Counted from the stretch's first letter, positions 39,635 to 51,280 are shown. The stretch: DNA of 64,000 nt from Gammaproteobacteria bacterium (GCA_018675635.1 JABGXU010000008.1:195588-259587), one strand, 5' to 3'. The notes: generated from the letters alone by a model not told the origin. Translations and numbers: made by a program.

Positions 39635-40734
39635 AATTTGTGCCTATAATCTTTAAATGTTACTTGAAATTCTGAATTCATATTGTCACAGAATATCATC
39701 ATTTTAAAATTTTCTCCCATATCCGAAGGGAATAATAATGTCTTAAGAATATTTTGTTTTTCAATAGTATCTGCGATTTTTGTTGAATTATCTAATATAT
39801 TATTATGAATTAAAAATTCACTTTGAGTTGTATAAGCAATAAGTTTTAAATTATTAGCTTGAACAATCCTATTAATTCTAGAAAAGTCTACACTAACTGA
39901 TATATCAAAAGTTCCAGGGCTATTTAATGGGGATATTAATTTTTTATGATCTTTATAATATTGAATAGTCCCTTTATTTCTTTCTTGATGATAAAATTCA
40001 CTTTCACTATAACCGTAATCAATTATTACAAATATAAAATTACTAATATTTTTAAAAATATGTGATAGCCAATTATCATAAGTAATATTAATTTCTGAAC
40101 TATAATTATTAGAAAATGGGGCCCCAAGTCTATTTTCTATATTTTTAATTTTTGTAGATAAAAAATCATTACATGGTATTTTTGAGAAGTATAATTTATT
40201 ATTTTTTAAAGTAATTACTTTTTCAAAAAGTGCATCATCTTGTTTTTTAAATATCTTTGAAGGTATAGCGTCTAAAACCTCGTTAGCAATTAAAAAAACA
40301 TTTTCTATATTTTCTATTTTGTCAATCCATTTAACTATAGATCTTTTAATTTTTGGAAGTTTATTTATTTTTATTTGTTGTTGTTTTTTTAAATAATAAC
40401 TTTTTTCTAATATATAATATTTTTTTGGAAGCATATTATTATTTATGTTTTTAAGAATATTAAAAGCCATTTCTCCACTCCCAGCCCCAAATTCAATAAT
40501 ATTTTCAATATTTTTATTTTTTTTACATTTTATATAAAAATGTAATATTGATTCTGAATATAGAGAAGATATTTCCGGAGCAGTTACAAAGTCTGAGTTT
40601 TTTGGATTTAAGCTAATTTGATCGTTATTATAATAACCTTGATCTGGATAATATAAACAAATATCCATATAGTTATCAAAAGTTATATGTTTATCTTGTT
40701 CAACTTTTGCATGTATTCTTTTTATTAATTCCAC
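39631..40734 (-). CDS. SAM-dependent methyltransferase, MidA/NDUFAF7 (DUF185) family
   Basis: ITFDNYMDICLYYPDQGYY...DFVTAPEISSLYSESI and FGAGSGEMA are the family signature. Confidence 0.75.
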   Translation of the reverse strand: MELIKRIHAKVEQDKHITFDNYMDICLYYPDQGYYNNDQISLNPKNSDFVTAPEISSLYSESILHFYIKCKKNKNIENIIEFGAGSGEMAFNILKNINNNMLPKKYYILEKSYYLKKQQQIKINKLPKIKRSIVKWIDKIENIENVFLIANEVLDAIPSKIFKKQDDALFEKVITLKNNKLYFSKIPCNDFLSTKIKNIENRLGAPFSNNYSSEINITYDNWLSHIFKNISNFIFVIIDYGYSESEFYHQERNKGTIQYYKDHKKLISPLNSPGTFDISVSVDFSRINRIVQANNLKLIAYTTQSEFLIHNNILDNSTKIADTIEKQNILKTLLFPSDMGENFKMMIFCDNMNSEFQVTFKDYRHKL

Positions 40735-40793
40735 GTAGTAGCCTATAATCTAATTGTTAGTAGGGCAGTATAATTATCTAGTATAATGTTTTT

Positions 40794-41546
40794 ATGAATC
40801 AAAATATTAAAAAAAATAGAAAAATTGTTTTAATTACTGGAGCTGCAAGGCGCTTGGGGAAAGCTATTGCATTAAAACTTCATTCTAGCGGCATGGATAT
40901 TATTATTCATTGTAATAAATCTGAAAAAGATGCGAAAAAATTGGTATCTGATATGAATTTATTGAGAGAAGATTCTGCAAAATATATTAGTTTGAATTTA
41001 AGAGATTTCAAAAAATATGAAAATTTTTTACCAAGTCTAGGAGATAGATGGGAAAATATTGATGTTCTTATTAATAATGCTTCTACTTTTTACCCCAATC
41101 AAATAGATAAATCTTCATTAGAGAACTGGAATGATTTACAAGATGTTAATTTAAAATCTACTTTTTTTCTTTCAAAGATATTTTATAATAGTTTAAAAAT
41201 TAATAAAGGCTGCATCATCAATATTATTGATATCCATGCAGATAAACCATTAGGGGGTTTTTCTATATATTCAATTGCAAAAGCAGGGTTAAAAATGTTA
41301 ACAAAGTCTTTAGCTGTAGAATTTGGGCCAGATATTAGAGTTAATGGTATTTCTCCAGGATCAATAATATGGCCTGAAATTAAGGAATATGAAAGCGAGC
41401 ATCAAGCAATAATTGATAAGACCTTACTAAAAAGACAAGGAAGTACGAATGATATAGCTAACGCTTGTATTTTTTTAATAAATTCTGCAGATTATATAAC
41501 TGGCCAAATAATAAATATTGATGGCGGAAGTAGCTTAAATAATTAG
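40794..41546 (+). CDS. SDR-family pteridine reductase (FolM-like)
   Basis: ITGAARRLGKAIA, NNAS and a YxxxK are present. It is convergent with folB. Confidence 0.6.
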   Translation: MNQNIKKNRKIVLITGAARRLGKAIALKLHSSGMDIIIHCNKSEKDAKKLVSDMNLLREDSAKYISLNLRDFKKYENFLPSLGDRWENIDVLINNASTFYPNQIDKSSLENWNDLQDVNLKSTFFLSKIFYNSLKINKGCIINIIDIHADKPLGGFSIYSIAKAGLKMLTKSLAVEFGPDIRVNGISPGSIIWPEIKEYESEHQAIIDKTLLKRQGSTNDIANACIFLINSADYITGQIINIDGGSSLNN

Positions 41547-41547
41547 A

Positions 41548-41898
41548 TTATGCTTTTCTTGTAATAGTAATGCCAACATCTTGAGATCCTCTAATTGCTC
41601 CAGGCTTACTAATCGATATTGTAACATATTCAACTTTAAATTCCTTTAACACCATGTTTGCAATGTTCTCAATTAAAGTTTCAACAAGGTTATGTTGGTT
41701 ATTTTCTACATAATCAATTATCATTTTTGATAATGTTTTGTAGTCTAAAGAGTATTGAATATCCTTAGTATCAGCAGCTTTTTTAATATCAGTACCTATT
41801 TCTACATCTATATTAATTGTTTGGTCAATTTGCTTTTCCCAAGCAAATATACCAATTCTAGTTTTTAATTTAAGATTTTTTAAGAATATTTTGTCCAT
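41548..41898 (-). CDS. folB: dihydroneopterin aldolase
   Basis: A 116-aa protein with FLKNLKLKTRIGIFAWEKQIDQ. Confidence 0.85.
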   Translation of the reverse strand: MDKIFLKNLKLKTRIGIFAWEKQIDQTINIDVEIGTDIKKAADTKDIQYSLDYKTLSKMIIDYVENNQHNLVETLIENIANMVLKEFKVEYVTISISKPGAIRGSQDVGITITRKA

Positions 41899-41989
41899 AT
41901 GAGGCTGATTATAGTGTATTATAGAATTTATTGTTGTATAGATAGCAAATATTTGTTATCTTTTTTCTTTTTAAAGGTTTGAGATTATT

Positions 41990-42214
41990 ATGTCAAGAAT
42001 ATGTGAAGTTACTGGTAAAAAACCAATGTCTGGAAATAACGTTTCTCATGCAAAAAATAGAACAAGAAGACGTTTTCTGCCTAATTTACAAATGCACAGA
42101 TTTTGGGTGGAAGCTCAAAAAAAATGGATTTCTTTAAGAATTTCAAGAAAAGGATTAAGAATTATAGAAAAAAAAGGAATTGAAACTGTATTAAAGGAAA
42201 TAAATAAGATATGA
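41990..42214 (+). CDS. rpmB: 50S ribosomal protein L28
   Basis: [34 protein letters not shown]. Confidence 0.95.
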   Translation: MSRICEVTGKKPMSGNNVSHAKNRTRRRFLPNLQMHRFWVEAQKKWISLRISRKGLRIIEKKGIETVLKEINKI

Positions 42215-42366
42215 GAGAGAAAATTAAACTAGTATCTTCTGCAAAAACAGGGCATTACTACACTACAACTAAGAATAAGAAAAATACACCAGATAAGATG
42301 GAAATCAAAAAATTTGATCCAGTTGTTAGAAAGCATGTAATTTATAAGGAAGCAAAAATTAAATAG
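42211..42366 (+). CDS. rpmG: 50S ribosomal protein L33 (not in ORF track, 51 aa)
   Basis: I translated it by hand as [51 protein letters not shown]. It has an ATGA overlap with rpmB, and rpmBG is conserved. Confidence 0.9.
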   Translation: MREKIKLVSSAKTGHYYTTTKNKKNTPDKMEIKKFDPVVRKHVIYKEAKIK

Positions 42367-42369
42367 TTA

Positions 42370-42681
42370 TTATTCCGGGCAAGGGCAAAAACATTGGCCT
42401 TTAGCATTCCAGCAACATCTTCCAGATTCACCTGTTTTACTTTTCCACATTGCGCAACCAATTCCTGTAGCTCTAGGTCCTAAAGGATCAGCAACCTTAA
42501 CAGCAATTTTATCCTTAATGTTGACAGTAACGTATTCGAATTGTGATTTACTTTTATTTGTAATCACAGTTTCTGTATCTTCTTCGCCATCATCAAAAGC
42601 CCAATCATAAACCTCATTTACTGTCGAACAACCAGAAATCATTAAAAAAGCAATAATTGGAAAAACAATTTTAAATTTCAT
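42370..42681 (-). CDS. small lipoprotein with Cys-rich C-terminus
   Basis: A signal peptide and an ISGCS lipobox are present, and the C-terminus is GRCCWNAKGQCFCPCPE. Confidence 0.5.
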   Translation of the reverse strand: MKFKIVFPIIAFLMISGCSTVNEVYDWAFDDGEEDTETVITNKSKSQFEYVTVNIKDKIAVKVADPLGPRATGIGCAMWKSKTGESGRCCWNAKGQCFCPCPE

Positions 42682-42838
42682 GTTAAAAAAACTCCCTAAT
42701 TTTAAGTTGAATTAATAGTTTTTTACTATTATATCTATATTTGATTTATAATGTACTCTATATTTTTTATATTTACAAAATATATTAGATAAATATACGG
42801 TTGCAATATATCCCATAAATTATGTAAAGAGATCATTT

Positions 42839-43774
42839 GTGTCAATAAACGTTTTTTTATCAAATAAACTACCACTAAAAAAGGATAATATTTTATCAAT
42901 AATATCTTTTGATAATAAAGTAGAACATAATTCCGATATATTGATAACAGGAGTTCCATCTTTAAACGGAAAAAAAATTTATGAGATATGGGAAGTCAAA
43001 GAAAATGTTAAGCAATTAAAATACAATAATATAAATATATCCCAAACAAAGGATTATTTATTTGGAATTTCTATAATTAAAAATTCTGGGACATACGAGG
43101 AGATAAAATTAGAGATACAAAAGGAATATACTAATTTTTTTGAGTTTTCAAAAAAAAATGAAATGAAATTAGTAAAAATTTGGCACTATATTCCTGATCT
43201 ATTAAAAGTTTACAAAAATAAGAAAACAAATTACTCATTACTATGCGAAGCTAGAGAAAATGCATACAAAGTGCATTATAAAAATTTTAATTATCCTGCG
43301 GCGACAGTAATCGGAACAAATAGTGACAAAATATTAATTTATTTTTTTTCAGCTCTTTGTAATAAATACAAAGCCATTGAAAATAGTAGGCAAATAAGCT
43401 CATATAATTATCCTCAAAATATTTTTTTAGAAAGGCCGATGTTTTCAAGGGCTGTAAGCTTCCAATTATTAAATGAACCCCAAAAACAAACAATGATATC
43501 TGGAACAGCTAGTATTAGAGGATATGAGTCTGTTTATAAAAAAAATGTTTTAAATCAATTAAATGAGGCAATTGAAAATTATAAAACATTTATGACTCTA
43601 GATAGTACAGTTACTAATGTCTGCAGAGTTTATATATCAAAATCGCAAAGTGCTAATTTAAAATTTATTACGGAAATGTTAGATAAGGTTATTGGCAGTG
43701 AAAATTATGTTCTTTTAAAAGGCGTCATATGTAGGGAAGAATTATTAGTAGAAATTGAAGGTATTATGAAGTGA
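42839..43774 (+). CDS. possible chorismatase family protein (FkbO/Hyg5/XanB2-like; YjgF/Rid-like fold)
   Basis: The WHYIPDL motif and a Rid-like C-terminus ...REELLVEIEGI are present. The ~310 aa length fits the family. The assignment is from memory of family motifs only. Confidence 0.4.
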   Translation: MSINVFLSNKLPLKKDNILSIISFDNKVEHNSDILITGVPSLNGKKIYEIWEVKENVKQLKYNNINISQTKDYLFGISIIKNSGTYEEIKLEIQKEYTNFFEFSKKNEMKLVKIWHYIPDLLKVYKNKKTNYSLLCEARENAYKVHYKNFNYPAATVIGTNSDKILIYFFSALCNKYKAIENSRQISSYNYPQNIFLERPMFSRAVSFQLLNEPQKQTMISGTASIRGYESVYKKNVLNQLNEAIENYKTFMTLDSTVTNVCRVYISKSQSANLKFITEMLDKVIGSENYVLLKGVICREELLVEIEGIMK

Positions 43775-43954
43775 GCAATATAAAATATAGAATAAAACAG
43801 ATATATCAATTTTTGAAATAAAAAAAGAGTCTCTTGGTTGCTGTTAATGCAGTTATTCAAAAAACTGGTTACTTACTATGGGATAGCCAAATTGAATCTG
43901 TTGATACAAGCTTAGAAATTAAAAAATTGGGAAAAAATCCCTGTTTAATAGAAT

Positions 43955-44977
43955 TTAATATTTATTTTTCTCCATTTTTAGATCATATTTTCCTGAAGCT
44001 GCTAGGCTATTTAGATGTGCCCTATTGCTAATAATTTTTTGAGCTTCTAGAATATTATTATTATTTCCTTGCCATCTTTTCATGGCTTCTAATTGCAAAG
44101 CTCTACCATATGAAAATGTTAATTTCCAAGGATTATTATTAAATTTATTAATATAATTTAAATTATTACTTGCGTCTTGGTCAGTTTGTCCGCCAGATAA
44201 AAATGCTATTCCCGGAACTTCTTTAGGGACATTATTTTCAAGGCATTTTATGGTTAGTTTAGAAATTTCTTCTACACTTGATTTTGAGTTACATTTGTTC
44301 CCCGGGGTAATCATATTAGGCTTTAAAATTATTCCGGAAAAATTTACATCTAGCTTATCTAGAGCTTCGAAAACAATAGATTGAGTTTCGTTAGTAACTT
44401 CAAAACATTTATTTATGTCGTGAGCTCCATCCATTAGTACTTCAGGCTCGACAATGGGAACGATATCCATTTCTTGGCAAATGCTTGCATATCTTGCTAG
44501 AGCTTGAGCGTTAGCTATTATGCATGCTTTTGATGGAATATTTTCACCAATGGTAATAACCGCCCGCCATTTTGCAAATCTTGCTCCTAAAGCTTTGTAC
44601 TCTTCTACTCTTTTAGGAAGATTATCTAAGCCCTCAGTTATCTTTTCATTAGGATGACATGAAAAAGGTTTAGCGCCTGAATCTACTTTAATGCCAGGTA
44701 TTATACCTATGGTATTTAAATGATCTGGGAAAGGTACGTTTTTTTTAGTTTTTTGTTTAATAGTTTCATCAAACAGAATTGCACCAGATATATAATTAAA
44801 TAATGATTCTGCAGTAATTAACATTTCTCTATAAGATCTTCTGCTTTCTTCAGAAACATTGATATTAAGATCATCAAATCTTTTTTTGCATGTTGGATGG
44901 CTTTCATCCATCGCAAGAATACCTTTTGAATTGGCAACCAATGCTATTGCGGTTTTATTAAGTATTTTTATATTCAT
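43955..44977 (-). CDS. fba: class I fructose-bisphosphate aldolase
   Basis: The motifs GILAMDES, IILKPNM and LSGGQ are typical of class I (Schiff-base) FBA. Confidence 0.9.
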   Translation of the reverse strand: MNIKILNKTAIALVANSKGILAMDESHPTCKKRFDDLNINVSEESRRSYREMLITAESLFNYISGAILFDETIKQKTKKNVPFPDHLNTIGIIPGIKVDSGAKPFSCHPNEKITEGLDNLPKRVEEYKALGARFAKWRAVITIGENIPSKACIIANAQALARYASICQEMDIVPIVEPEVLMDGAHDINKCFEVTNETQSIVFEALDKLDVNFSGIILKPNMITPGNKCNSKSSVEEISKLTIKCLENNVPKEVPGIAFLSGGQTDQDASNNLNYINKFNNNPWKLTFSYGRALQLEAMKRWQGNNNNILEAQKIISNRAHLNSLAASGKYDLKMEKNKY

Positions 44978-44994
44978 AAAAATAATTCCTCGCT

Positions 44995-46455
44995 TTATCC
45001 GTCTGTTAAGTGTCCAACTGTAACAACTTTCATAGCATTAGTTCCACCTCGAATTCCAGCAAGATCGCCTTTTGTTATTATTACTAAATCATTTTCCTTT
45101 GCAACTCCAAGTTCAGTTAAAACATTTATTGCATCTTTATTAACAGTTGCATGATTTGTATCTATTGTTTTAATTCTAGCGGGATAGACGCCTCGGTATA
45201 GAGTTACTTTTCGTAAAGTCCCAATATGAGTTGTTAAGGCAAATATTGGTATACTATGGTTTGTTCTGGACATCCATAAAGCTGTTGAACCTGATTCAGT
45301 TAAAGCTGCAATCGCAATAGCGTTTAGATTATCAGCAGTAAGCATACATGCCATAGATATAGCTCTATCAACTTTTTTGCTTTCAATAGAATAATTTGAT
45401 CTTTTTTTAGTTACTGAATTTTCTTTTTCTGAGCCTTCGCAAATTCTACTCATAGCTTCTACTGCTTCGACCGGATGATCCCCCATAGCAGTTTCACTTG
45501 ATAACATTACAGCATCAGTACCATCAAGAACTGCGTTTGCAACATCAAAAACTTCAGCTCTAGTAGGTATTGAATTTGTAATCATAGATTCCATCATTTG
45601 TGTTGCAGTAATAACTGCTTTGTCTTTATCTCTCGCTTTTTGAATAAGTTCTTTTTGAACAGCTGGTAATTGCGCATCCCCAATTTCTACACCAAGATCT
45701 CCTCTTGCAATCATTATTGCATCTGATGCAACAATGATTTCATCTATATTTTCAATAGCTTCCGCTCTTTCAATTTTTGCAATTATTCCACCATTATTCC
45801 CAGATTCTTTTAATAGTTTTCTCGCAAGATTTATATCTGATGCTTCTCTTGCAAATGATACAGCAAGGTAATCTACACCAATCTCAGCAGCCAACTTAAT
45901 GTCATTTATATCTTTCTCGCTTATAGCTGAGGCAGACAGTCCACCACCTTTTCTATTAAGCCCTTTTGAATCGTACAAAAGACCACCGTGAATTACTTTA
46001 GTTATAATCTTTGAACCAGAAATTTTTTCAACACTCAACTCTATTCTTCCATCATCTAAAAGAAGTATGTCTTCAATATTAAGTTCATTAGCAAGACCTT
46101 TATATGTTGTCCCAACGATCTCTTCTGTGCCTTTATCAAACGCATGTTGATCATCTATAGTAAATTTTGCATTATTTAATAATTTAATTTTTGAATTTAT
46201 AAATCTTGTTATTCTTATTTTTGGGCCTTGTAAATCACCCACAATACCGACATGATAACGTTTTTCTTCTGTAATTTTTCTAACTAATTTAGCTCTTTCT
46301 ATATGAGTTTCTTTGTCACCATGAGAAAAATTAAATCTTACTAAATCTACTCCTGCATCTATTAAACCTTCAATTGATTCTCTTGAGGATGTGGAAGGGC
46401 CTAGTGTGGCAATAATTTTAGTTTGCCTATATATGTGATCATTAATTGCTGTCAT
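44995..46455 (-). CDS. pyk: pyruvate kinase
   Basis: TKIIATLGPS and MIARGDLGVEI are present. Confidence 0.95.
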   Translation of the reverse strand: MTAINDHIYRQTKIIATLGPSTSSRESIEGLIDAGVDLVRFNFSHGDKETHIERAKLVRKITEEKRYHVGIVGDLQGPKIRITRFINSKIKLLNNAKFTIDDQHAFDKGTEEIVGTTYKGLANELNIEDILLLDDGRIELSVEKISGSKIITKVIHGGLLYDSKGLNRKGGGLSASAISEKDINDIKLAAEIGVDYLAVSFAREASDINLARKLLKESGNNGGIIAKIERAEAIENIDEIIVASDAIMIARGDLGVEIGDAQLPAVQKELIQKARDKDKAVITATQMMESMITNSIPTRAEVFDVANAVLDGTDAVMLSSETAMGDHPVEAVEAMSRICEGSEKENSVTKKRSNYSIESKKVDRAISMACMLTADNLNAIAIAALTESGSTALWMSRTNHSIPIFALTTHIGTLRKVTLYRGVYPARIKTIDTNHATVNKDAINVLTELGVAKENDLVIITKGDLAGIRGGTNAMKVVTVGHLTDG

Positions 46456-47615
46456 AATTTTTTAATTATTTCTATTCCAGGTAATTTATTTCCTTCTAAA
46501 AATTCTAAGAAGGCCCCACCGCCAGTTGAAATATAGTCTATATCATCAATATTTATAAATTTTTCAATAGCAGAAATTGTATCTCCTCCTCCTGCGATTG
46601 TTGAGCCTTTAGCTTTTCCTATGGATTTAGCTATTTCTTTTGTGCCATTTTCAAATAGAGTTTCTTCAAAAACACCAACTGGGCCATTCCATAATATTGT
46701 ACCAGCTTCTTCAATAAATTTTTTATAAATTGTAATGGTTTTTGAACCAATGTCTTTTATTACTTCTGAAGTATTTATATCATTTATTTCTTTTAAAGTT
46801 ATTTCTGTGTTTTGTTCACATATAACATCAATTGGCAAAGGAAAATTCACTTTGTATTTTTTTGTTAAATCAATAATTTCCTGCGCATCTTCTACCATGT
46901 CTTTTTCAACGAGAGAATTACCAACTGAAAAATTTTCGTTAAGTAAAAATGTATTAGCAATACATCCCCCAACAATAAGTGAGTCAACTTTTTTTATTAA
47001 GGATTTTAAAATATTTAATTTTGTTGATACTTTAGATCCTCCAATTATAGCTAAAACAGGTTTTTTTGGATTATCAAATATTTTATTTATATTTACAATT
47101 TCTTTGATTAAAAGAAGACCTCCGCAAGTCACAGGGATGTATTTTGCTAAAGTGTATGTAGAGCAGTGTCTTCTATGTGATGCACCAAAAGCATCCATTA
47201 CAAAAACATCGCAATTCGTAGCAATGTTTTTTGCAAGCTCATCACTGCCTGCTTTTTCACCAACTAAAAACCTTGTATTTTCATAAAGAGTAATATCATT
47301 TTCGTATGTTGGAGGCTTAATATTTAAAGGCTCTTTTTCAAAGTAGACTTTTAAACCTAAAAGCTCAGATAATCTTAAAGCAATTGGTTCTAAGCTATAA
47401 TCTTTATTATATTTTCCTTCTTTCGGCCTTCCTAAATGAGACAATATGGCTATTTTTGAGCCTTGGGATAAAGCATATTCAATAGTTGGAAGAGCGGCTT
47501 TAATTCTTTTGTCATTTGTTATTTGGTTATTAGTAATAGGCACATTAAGATCTTCTCGAAGCAATATGTGCTTATTTTTTATATCAATATTAACAAGTTC
47601 GTTAAATTCAGACAT
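46452..47615 (-). CDS. pgk: phosphoglycerate kinase
   Basis: REDLNVP and GGGAFLEFLEG are present. The start has an ATGA overlap with pyk. Confidence 0.95.
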   Translation of the reverse strand: MSEFNELVNIDIKNKHILLREDLNVPITNNQITNDKRIKAALPTIEYALSQGSKIAILSHLGRPKEGKYNKDYSLEPIALRLSELLGLKVYFEKEPLNIKPPTYENDITLYENTRFLVGEKAGSDELAKNIATNCDVFVMDAFGASHRRHCSTYTLAKYIPVTCGGLLLIKEIVNINKIFDNPKKPVLAIIGGSKVSTKLNILKSLIKKVDSLIVGGCIANTFLLNENFSVGNSLVEKDMVEDAQEIIDLTKKYKVNFPLPIDVICEQNTEITLKEINDINTSEVIKDIGSKTITIYKKFIEEAGTILWNGPVGVFEETLFENGTKEIAKSIGKAKGSTIAGGGDTISAIEKFINIDDIDYISTGGGAFLEFLEGNKLPGIEIIKKL

Positions 47616-48625
47616 TATTTTGCATTCATTAAAGCTAATGTGGCATCTAGCATCCTATTTGAGAACCCCCACTCATTGTCATACCAGACATAAACTTTTA
47701 CTAATTTTTTTTCCATTACTTTAGTTAGGTTCGAGTCATATATTGACGAAGCTGGGTTATGATTAAAATCTGTAGAAACTAAGGGTATGTCATTAAATTC
47801 AATTATTCCTTTCATTTCATTTTTTGAAGCATTTAAAATTATTTCGTTTATTTCACTTATTGAGGTTTCTTTTTTTGTTCTAATTACTAAGTCAACAACG
47901 GACACATTTACTGTTGGAATACGAACTGCATGCCCATCAAGTTTTCCTTGTAATTCTGGTATAACCAAGCCTACGTTTTTTGCTGCCCCTGTTTTAGTAG
48001 GTATCATGGACTGAGTTGCAGCTCTAGCTCTTCTTATATCTTTATGGTTTGCATCAGTTAATCTTTGGTCATTAGTAAATGAATGAATTGTTGTTATAAG
48101 TCCATGTTCAATGCCTATATTATTATTTAAAACTTTTATAACTGGAGCAATACAATTAGTAGTGCAAGAGGCATTTGAGATAATTTGATGTTCTTTGGAA
48201 AGAATATTTTCATTGACTCCATAAACAATAGTCGCATCAACATTTTCCCCTGGAGCTGAAATTATTACTTTTTTTGCGCCATTTTTAATATGAATCAGCG
48301 TTTCTTCTTTTGAATTGAATTTTCCAGTACATTCAAAAACTACATCAACATTATATTTCCCCCAATTTATTTTACTTGGGTCTCTTTCAGACGTAATGTT
48401 AATTTTATCTCCATCAACATACATAAAATTACCTTCAGCAGTTACCTCTTTATTAAATTTCCCATGCGCAGAGTCATATTTTGTTAAATGCGCACTTACA
48501 GCATTATCTCCTACATCATTGATTGCAACTATCTGAAGATTCTTATGTTGGTTTGATTCATATAAAGCTCTGAGAATATTTCTACCAATCCTTCCGTAGC
48601 CATTTATTCCTATATTAATTGTCAT
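47615..48625 (-). CDS. gap: glyceraldehyde-3-phosphate dehydrogenase
   Basis: INGYGRIGR and ASCTTNC with the catalytic Cys are present. Confidence 0.95.
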   Translation of the reverse strand: MTINIGINGYGRIGRNILRALYESNQHKNLQIVAINDVGDNAVSAHLTKYDSAHGKFNKEVTAEGNFMYVDGDKINITSERDPSKINWGKYNVDVVFECTGKFNSKEETLIHIKNGAKKVIISAPGENVDATIVYGVNENILSKEHQIISNASCTTNCIAPVIKVLNNNIGIEHGLITTIHSFTNDQRLTDANHKDIRRARAATQSMIPTKTGAAKNVGLVIPELQGKLDGHAVRIPTVNVSVVDLVIRTKKETSISEINEIILNASKNEMKGIIEFNDIPLVSTDFNHNPASSIYDSNLTKVMEKKLVKVYVWYDNEWGFSNRMLDATLALMNAK

Positions 48626-48640
48626 GATAATTTCCTATAT

Positions 48641-50653
48641 CTATTTTTTAAGCATTAATTTAACTCGGTCTATTATATTCTTTTGTGTGAAACCAAAATA
48701 TTTTAATAACTCACCGCCAGGTGCTGATTCTCCAAAAGAATCAATACCGATAGTATCCCCATTTAATCCAACATATTTGTACCAAAATGAAGTAGACCCA
48801 GCTTCTATTGAGATCCTGTTTTTTATTTTTGCAGGCAAAACCTCTTCTTTATAATCATCATTCTGCTTCTCAAAAATTTCAGTTGATAGCATTGAAACAA
48901 CCCTAGTATTAATTCCTTCTCTCTCTAATTCTTTAGCAGCATTCATTGTTATCCCAACTTCACTTCCTGTTGCTATTAGAATTACATCTAAATTTTTTGC
49001 ATCTTTTAATACGTAAGCGCCTTTGTTAGATAAAGCTATTTGTTCGTTAGTTCTTTCTTGAAATTCACAATTTTGTCTAGACAGTATCAAACATGTTGGC
49101 CCATAATTATTCTCGATTGCATATTTCCACGCTATTGCTGCTTCTATGGTATCACATGGTCTAATTACGGTTGTATTTGGAATATCTCTTAAGCTATTTA
49201 TATGCTCTATAGCCTGATGTGTTGGACCGTCTTCACCTAAACCAATAGAATCATGCGTAAAAACAAAAATATTTTTTAAACTCATAATTGCTGACATCCG
49301 AATTGCATTTTTTGCATAGTCAGAGAATGTTAAAAAAGTTCCACCGTAAGGAATAAATCCTTTGTAAGAACTGATCCCATTCATGATTGCTGACATACCA
49401 AATTCCCTAACACCATAATTAATATAATTACCATCAAAGAACTCTTTAATATCCTTAGACCCAGACCACATTGTTAAGTTTGATGCCGCAAGATCAGCAG
49501 AACCCCCAATCATTTCTGGTAAAATTTTTGCGTATGCTTCAATAGCATTTTGTGAAGCTTTTCTAGTGGCAATATTTTCTTTCTTTTCATTGCAAGCTTT
49601 TATGTATTCTTGTGATTTTAATATCCAGTTGTCTTTTAATTCTGAAGATATTCTTCTTTCAAATTCATATGCATCTTTTGGATATCTTTCTTTATATATT
49701 TTGAAATTATTATTCCATTCATCCTCTAAATTAGAGCCTTTTTCTTTTTTGTCCCAAGATTCATAAACATCTTTAGGTATTTCAAAAGAACCATAATCCC
49801 AACCAATCTCTTTTTTTGTTAATTTTGTTTCTTTATCTCCAAGAGGAGCACCATGTGAACTTTCTTTACCTTCTTTATTTGGTGAGCCAAATCCAATTTT
49901 TGTTTTACAGCATATTAATGTTGGTTTATTTTTTGATTGAAGTGCTTTTTCTAAACTTTTTATTAATTCTTCAGAAGAGTGACCATCAACATTATTTATT
50001 ACATTCCAATTATATGACTCAAATCTTTTAGCTGTATCATCAGTAAACCAGCCGTCTACTTTTCCATCTATCGAAATTCCATTATCATCATAAAAAACAA
50101 TCAGTTTATTTAATTTTAATGTTCCCGCTAAGGAACAAACTTCATGTGAGATGCCTTCCATAAGGCAACCATCCCCAGTAAATACATATGTATGATGATT
50201 TATAATTTCTATATCTTTTTTATTAAATTGAGCTGCAAGTGTTTTTTCTGCTATTGCCATACCAACTCCATTTGATAAGCCTTGTCCTAATGGCCCTGTA
50301 GTTGTTTCAACTCCTTTAGTTACGTGAGATTCAGGATGTCCTGGAGTTTTTGAATGAAGCTGCCTAAAATTTTTGATCTCATCTAGACTTAAATCATATC
50401 CTGTAAGATGAAGAAGACTGTATAGCAACATTGACCCATGCCCATTAGATAATACAAATCTGTCTCTATTGGCCCAGTTTGGGTTGTTTGGGTTATATTT
50501 TAAATAATCGTTCCATAGCACCTCTGCTATGTCAGCCATGCCTAAAGGCATACCAGGGTGCCCAGAATTAGCTTTATCAACAGCGTCCATAGAAAGTGCT
50601 CTTATAGCATTTGCTAAATGTTTTCTAGAATTATTGTTAATTTTTGTTGCCAA
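48641..50653 (-). CDS. tkt: transketolase
   Basis: SGHPG and [12 protein letters not shown] are present. It is the first gene of the tkt-gap-pgk-pyk-fba operon. Confidence 0.95.
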   Translation of the reverse strand: MATKINNNSRKHLANAIRALSMDAVDKANSGHPGMPLGMADIAEVLWNDYLKYNPNNPNWANRDRFVLSNGHGSMLLYSLLHLTGYDLSLDEIKNFRQLHSKTPGHPESHVTKGVETTTGPLGQGLSNGVGMAIAEKTLAAQFNKKDIEIINHHTYVFTGDGCLMEGISHEVCSLAGTLKLNKLIVFYDDNGISIDGKVDGWFTDDTAKRFESYNWNVINNVDGHSSEELIKSLEKALQSKNKPTLICCKTKIGFGSPNKEGKESSHGAPLGDKETKLTKKEIGWDYGSFEIPKDVYESWDKKEKGSNLEDEWNNNFKIYKERYPKDAYEFERRISSELKDNWILKSQEYIKACNEKKENIATRKASQNAIEAYAKILPEMIGGSADLAASNLTMWSGSKDIKEFFDGNYINYGVREFGMSAIMNGISSYKGFIPYGGTFLTFSDYAKNAIRMSAIMSLKNIFVFTHDSIGLGEDGPTHQAIEHINSLRDIPNTTVIRPCDTIEAAIAWKYAIENNYGPTCLILSRQNCEFQERTNEQIALSNKGAYVLKDAKNLDVILIATGSEVGITMNAAKELEREGINTRVVSMLSTEIFEKQNDDYKEEVLPAKIKNRISIEAGSTSFWYKYVGLNGDTIGIDSFGESAPGGELLKYFGFTQKNIIDRVKLMLKK

Positions 50654-51242
50654 TCTTTGTTTCTTTGTTATTTAAAAGGTTGTGAATATTTGTTTTATGC
50701 TTATATATTACTACAACTGTTAAAATTAAATATACTAGCGTTATTAATAAAATTTCATAACTTAACCAAGTATATATCGGTAAAAAAGTAAATGAGACTA
50801 TAGCAGATAAAGCAGAGTACCTAAATAGGAATGCTGTTATTAACCATGTAATCATACAGATTAAGCCTAAGATTATGTCAAATCCTAGAATTGCTCCAAA
50901 AGCTGTTGCAACACCTTTACCACCTTTAAATTTGTAAAAAATAGGATATATATGCCCAAGAACTGCAATGACGCCAGCAACTTGGACATATAATTTATCT
51001 TCTATAATGTAATAAGCTATTAATACTGGTAAAAATCCTTTTAATATGTCTAATAGTAATATAAGAAGAGATAAAATTTTATTGCCAGAACGTAATATAT
51101 TTGTTGCACCAGGATTTTTTGAGCCATAATCTCTAGGATCAGGCAACTTATATATTCTTGAGAGAATTATTGAGCTATTAACAGACCCAATGATATAGCA
51201 GATGGGGAATAGTAGAATAAAAGCAATGAGAATTGTGTTCAA
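50637..51242 (-). CDS. plsY: glycerol-3-phosphate acyltransferase PlsY
   Basis: [16 protein letters not shown] is present. Confidence 0.9.
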   Translation of the reverse strand: MNTILIAFILLFPICYIIGSVNSSIILSRIYKLPDPRDYGSKNPGATNILRSGNKILSLLILLLDILKGFLPVLIAYYIIEDKLYVQVAGVIAVLGHIYPIFYKFKGGKGVATAFGAILGFDIILGLICMITWLITAFLFRYSALSAIVSFTFLPIYTWLSYEILLITLVYLILTVVVIYKHKTNIHNLLNNKETKIGNKN

Positions 51243-51280
51243 ATGTTACCTTCTGTTATTTAAAATAATCATTATTTAAT

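Noticed and set aside
43834-44031. 65-aa plus-strand ORF downstream of the chorismatase-like gene
   Set aside because: It overlaps the fba 3' end on the opposite strand and lies in the convergent intergenic spacer. It has no motif or ribosome-binding site.
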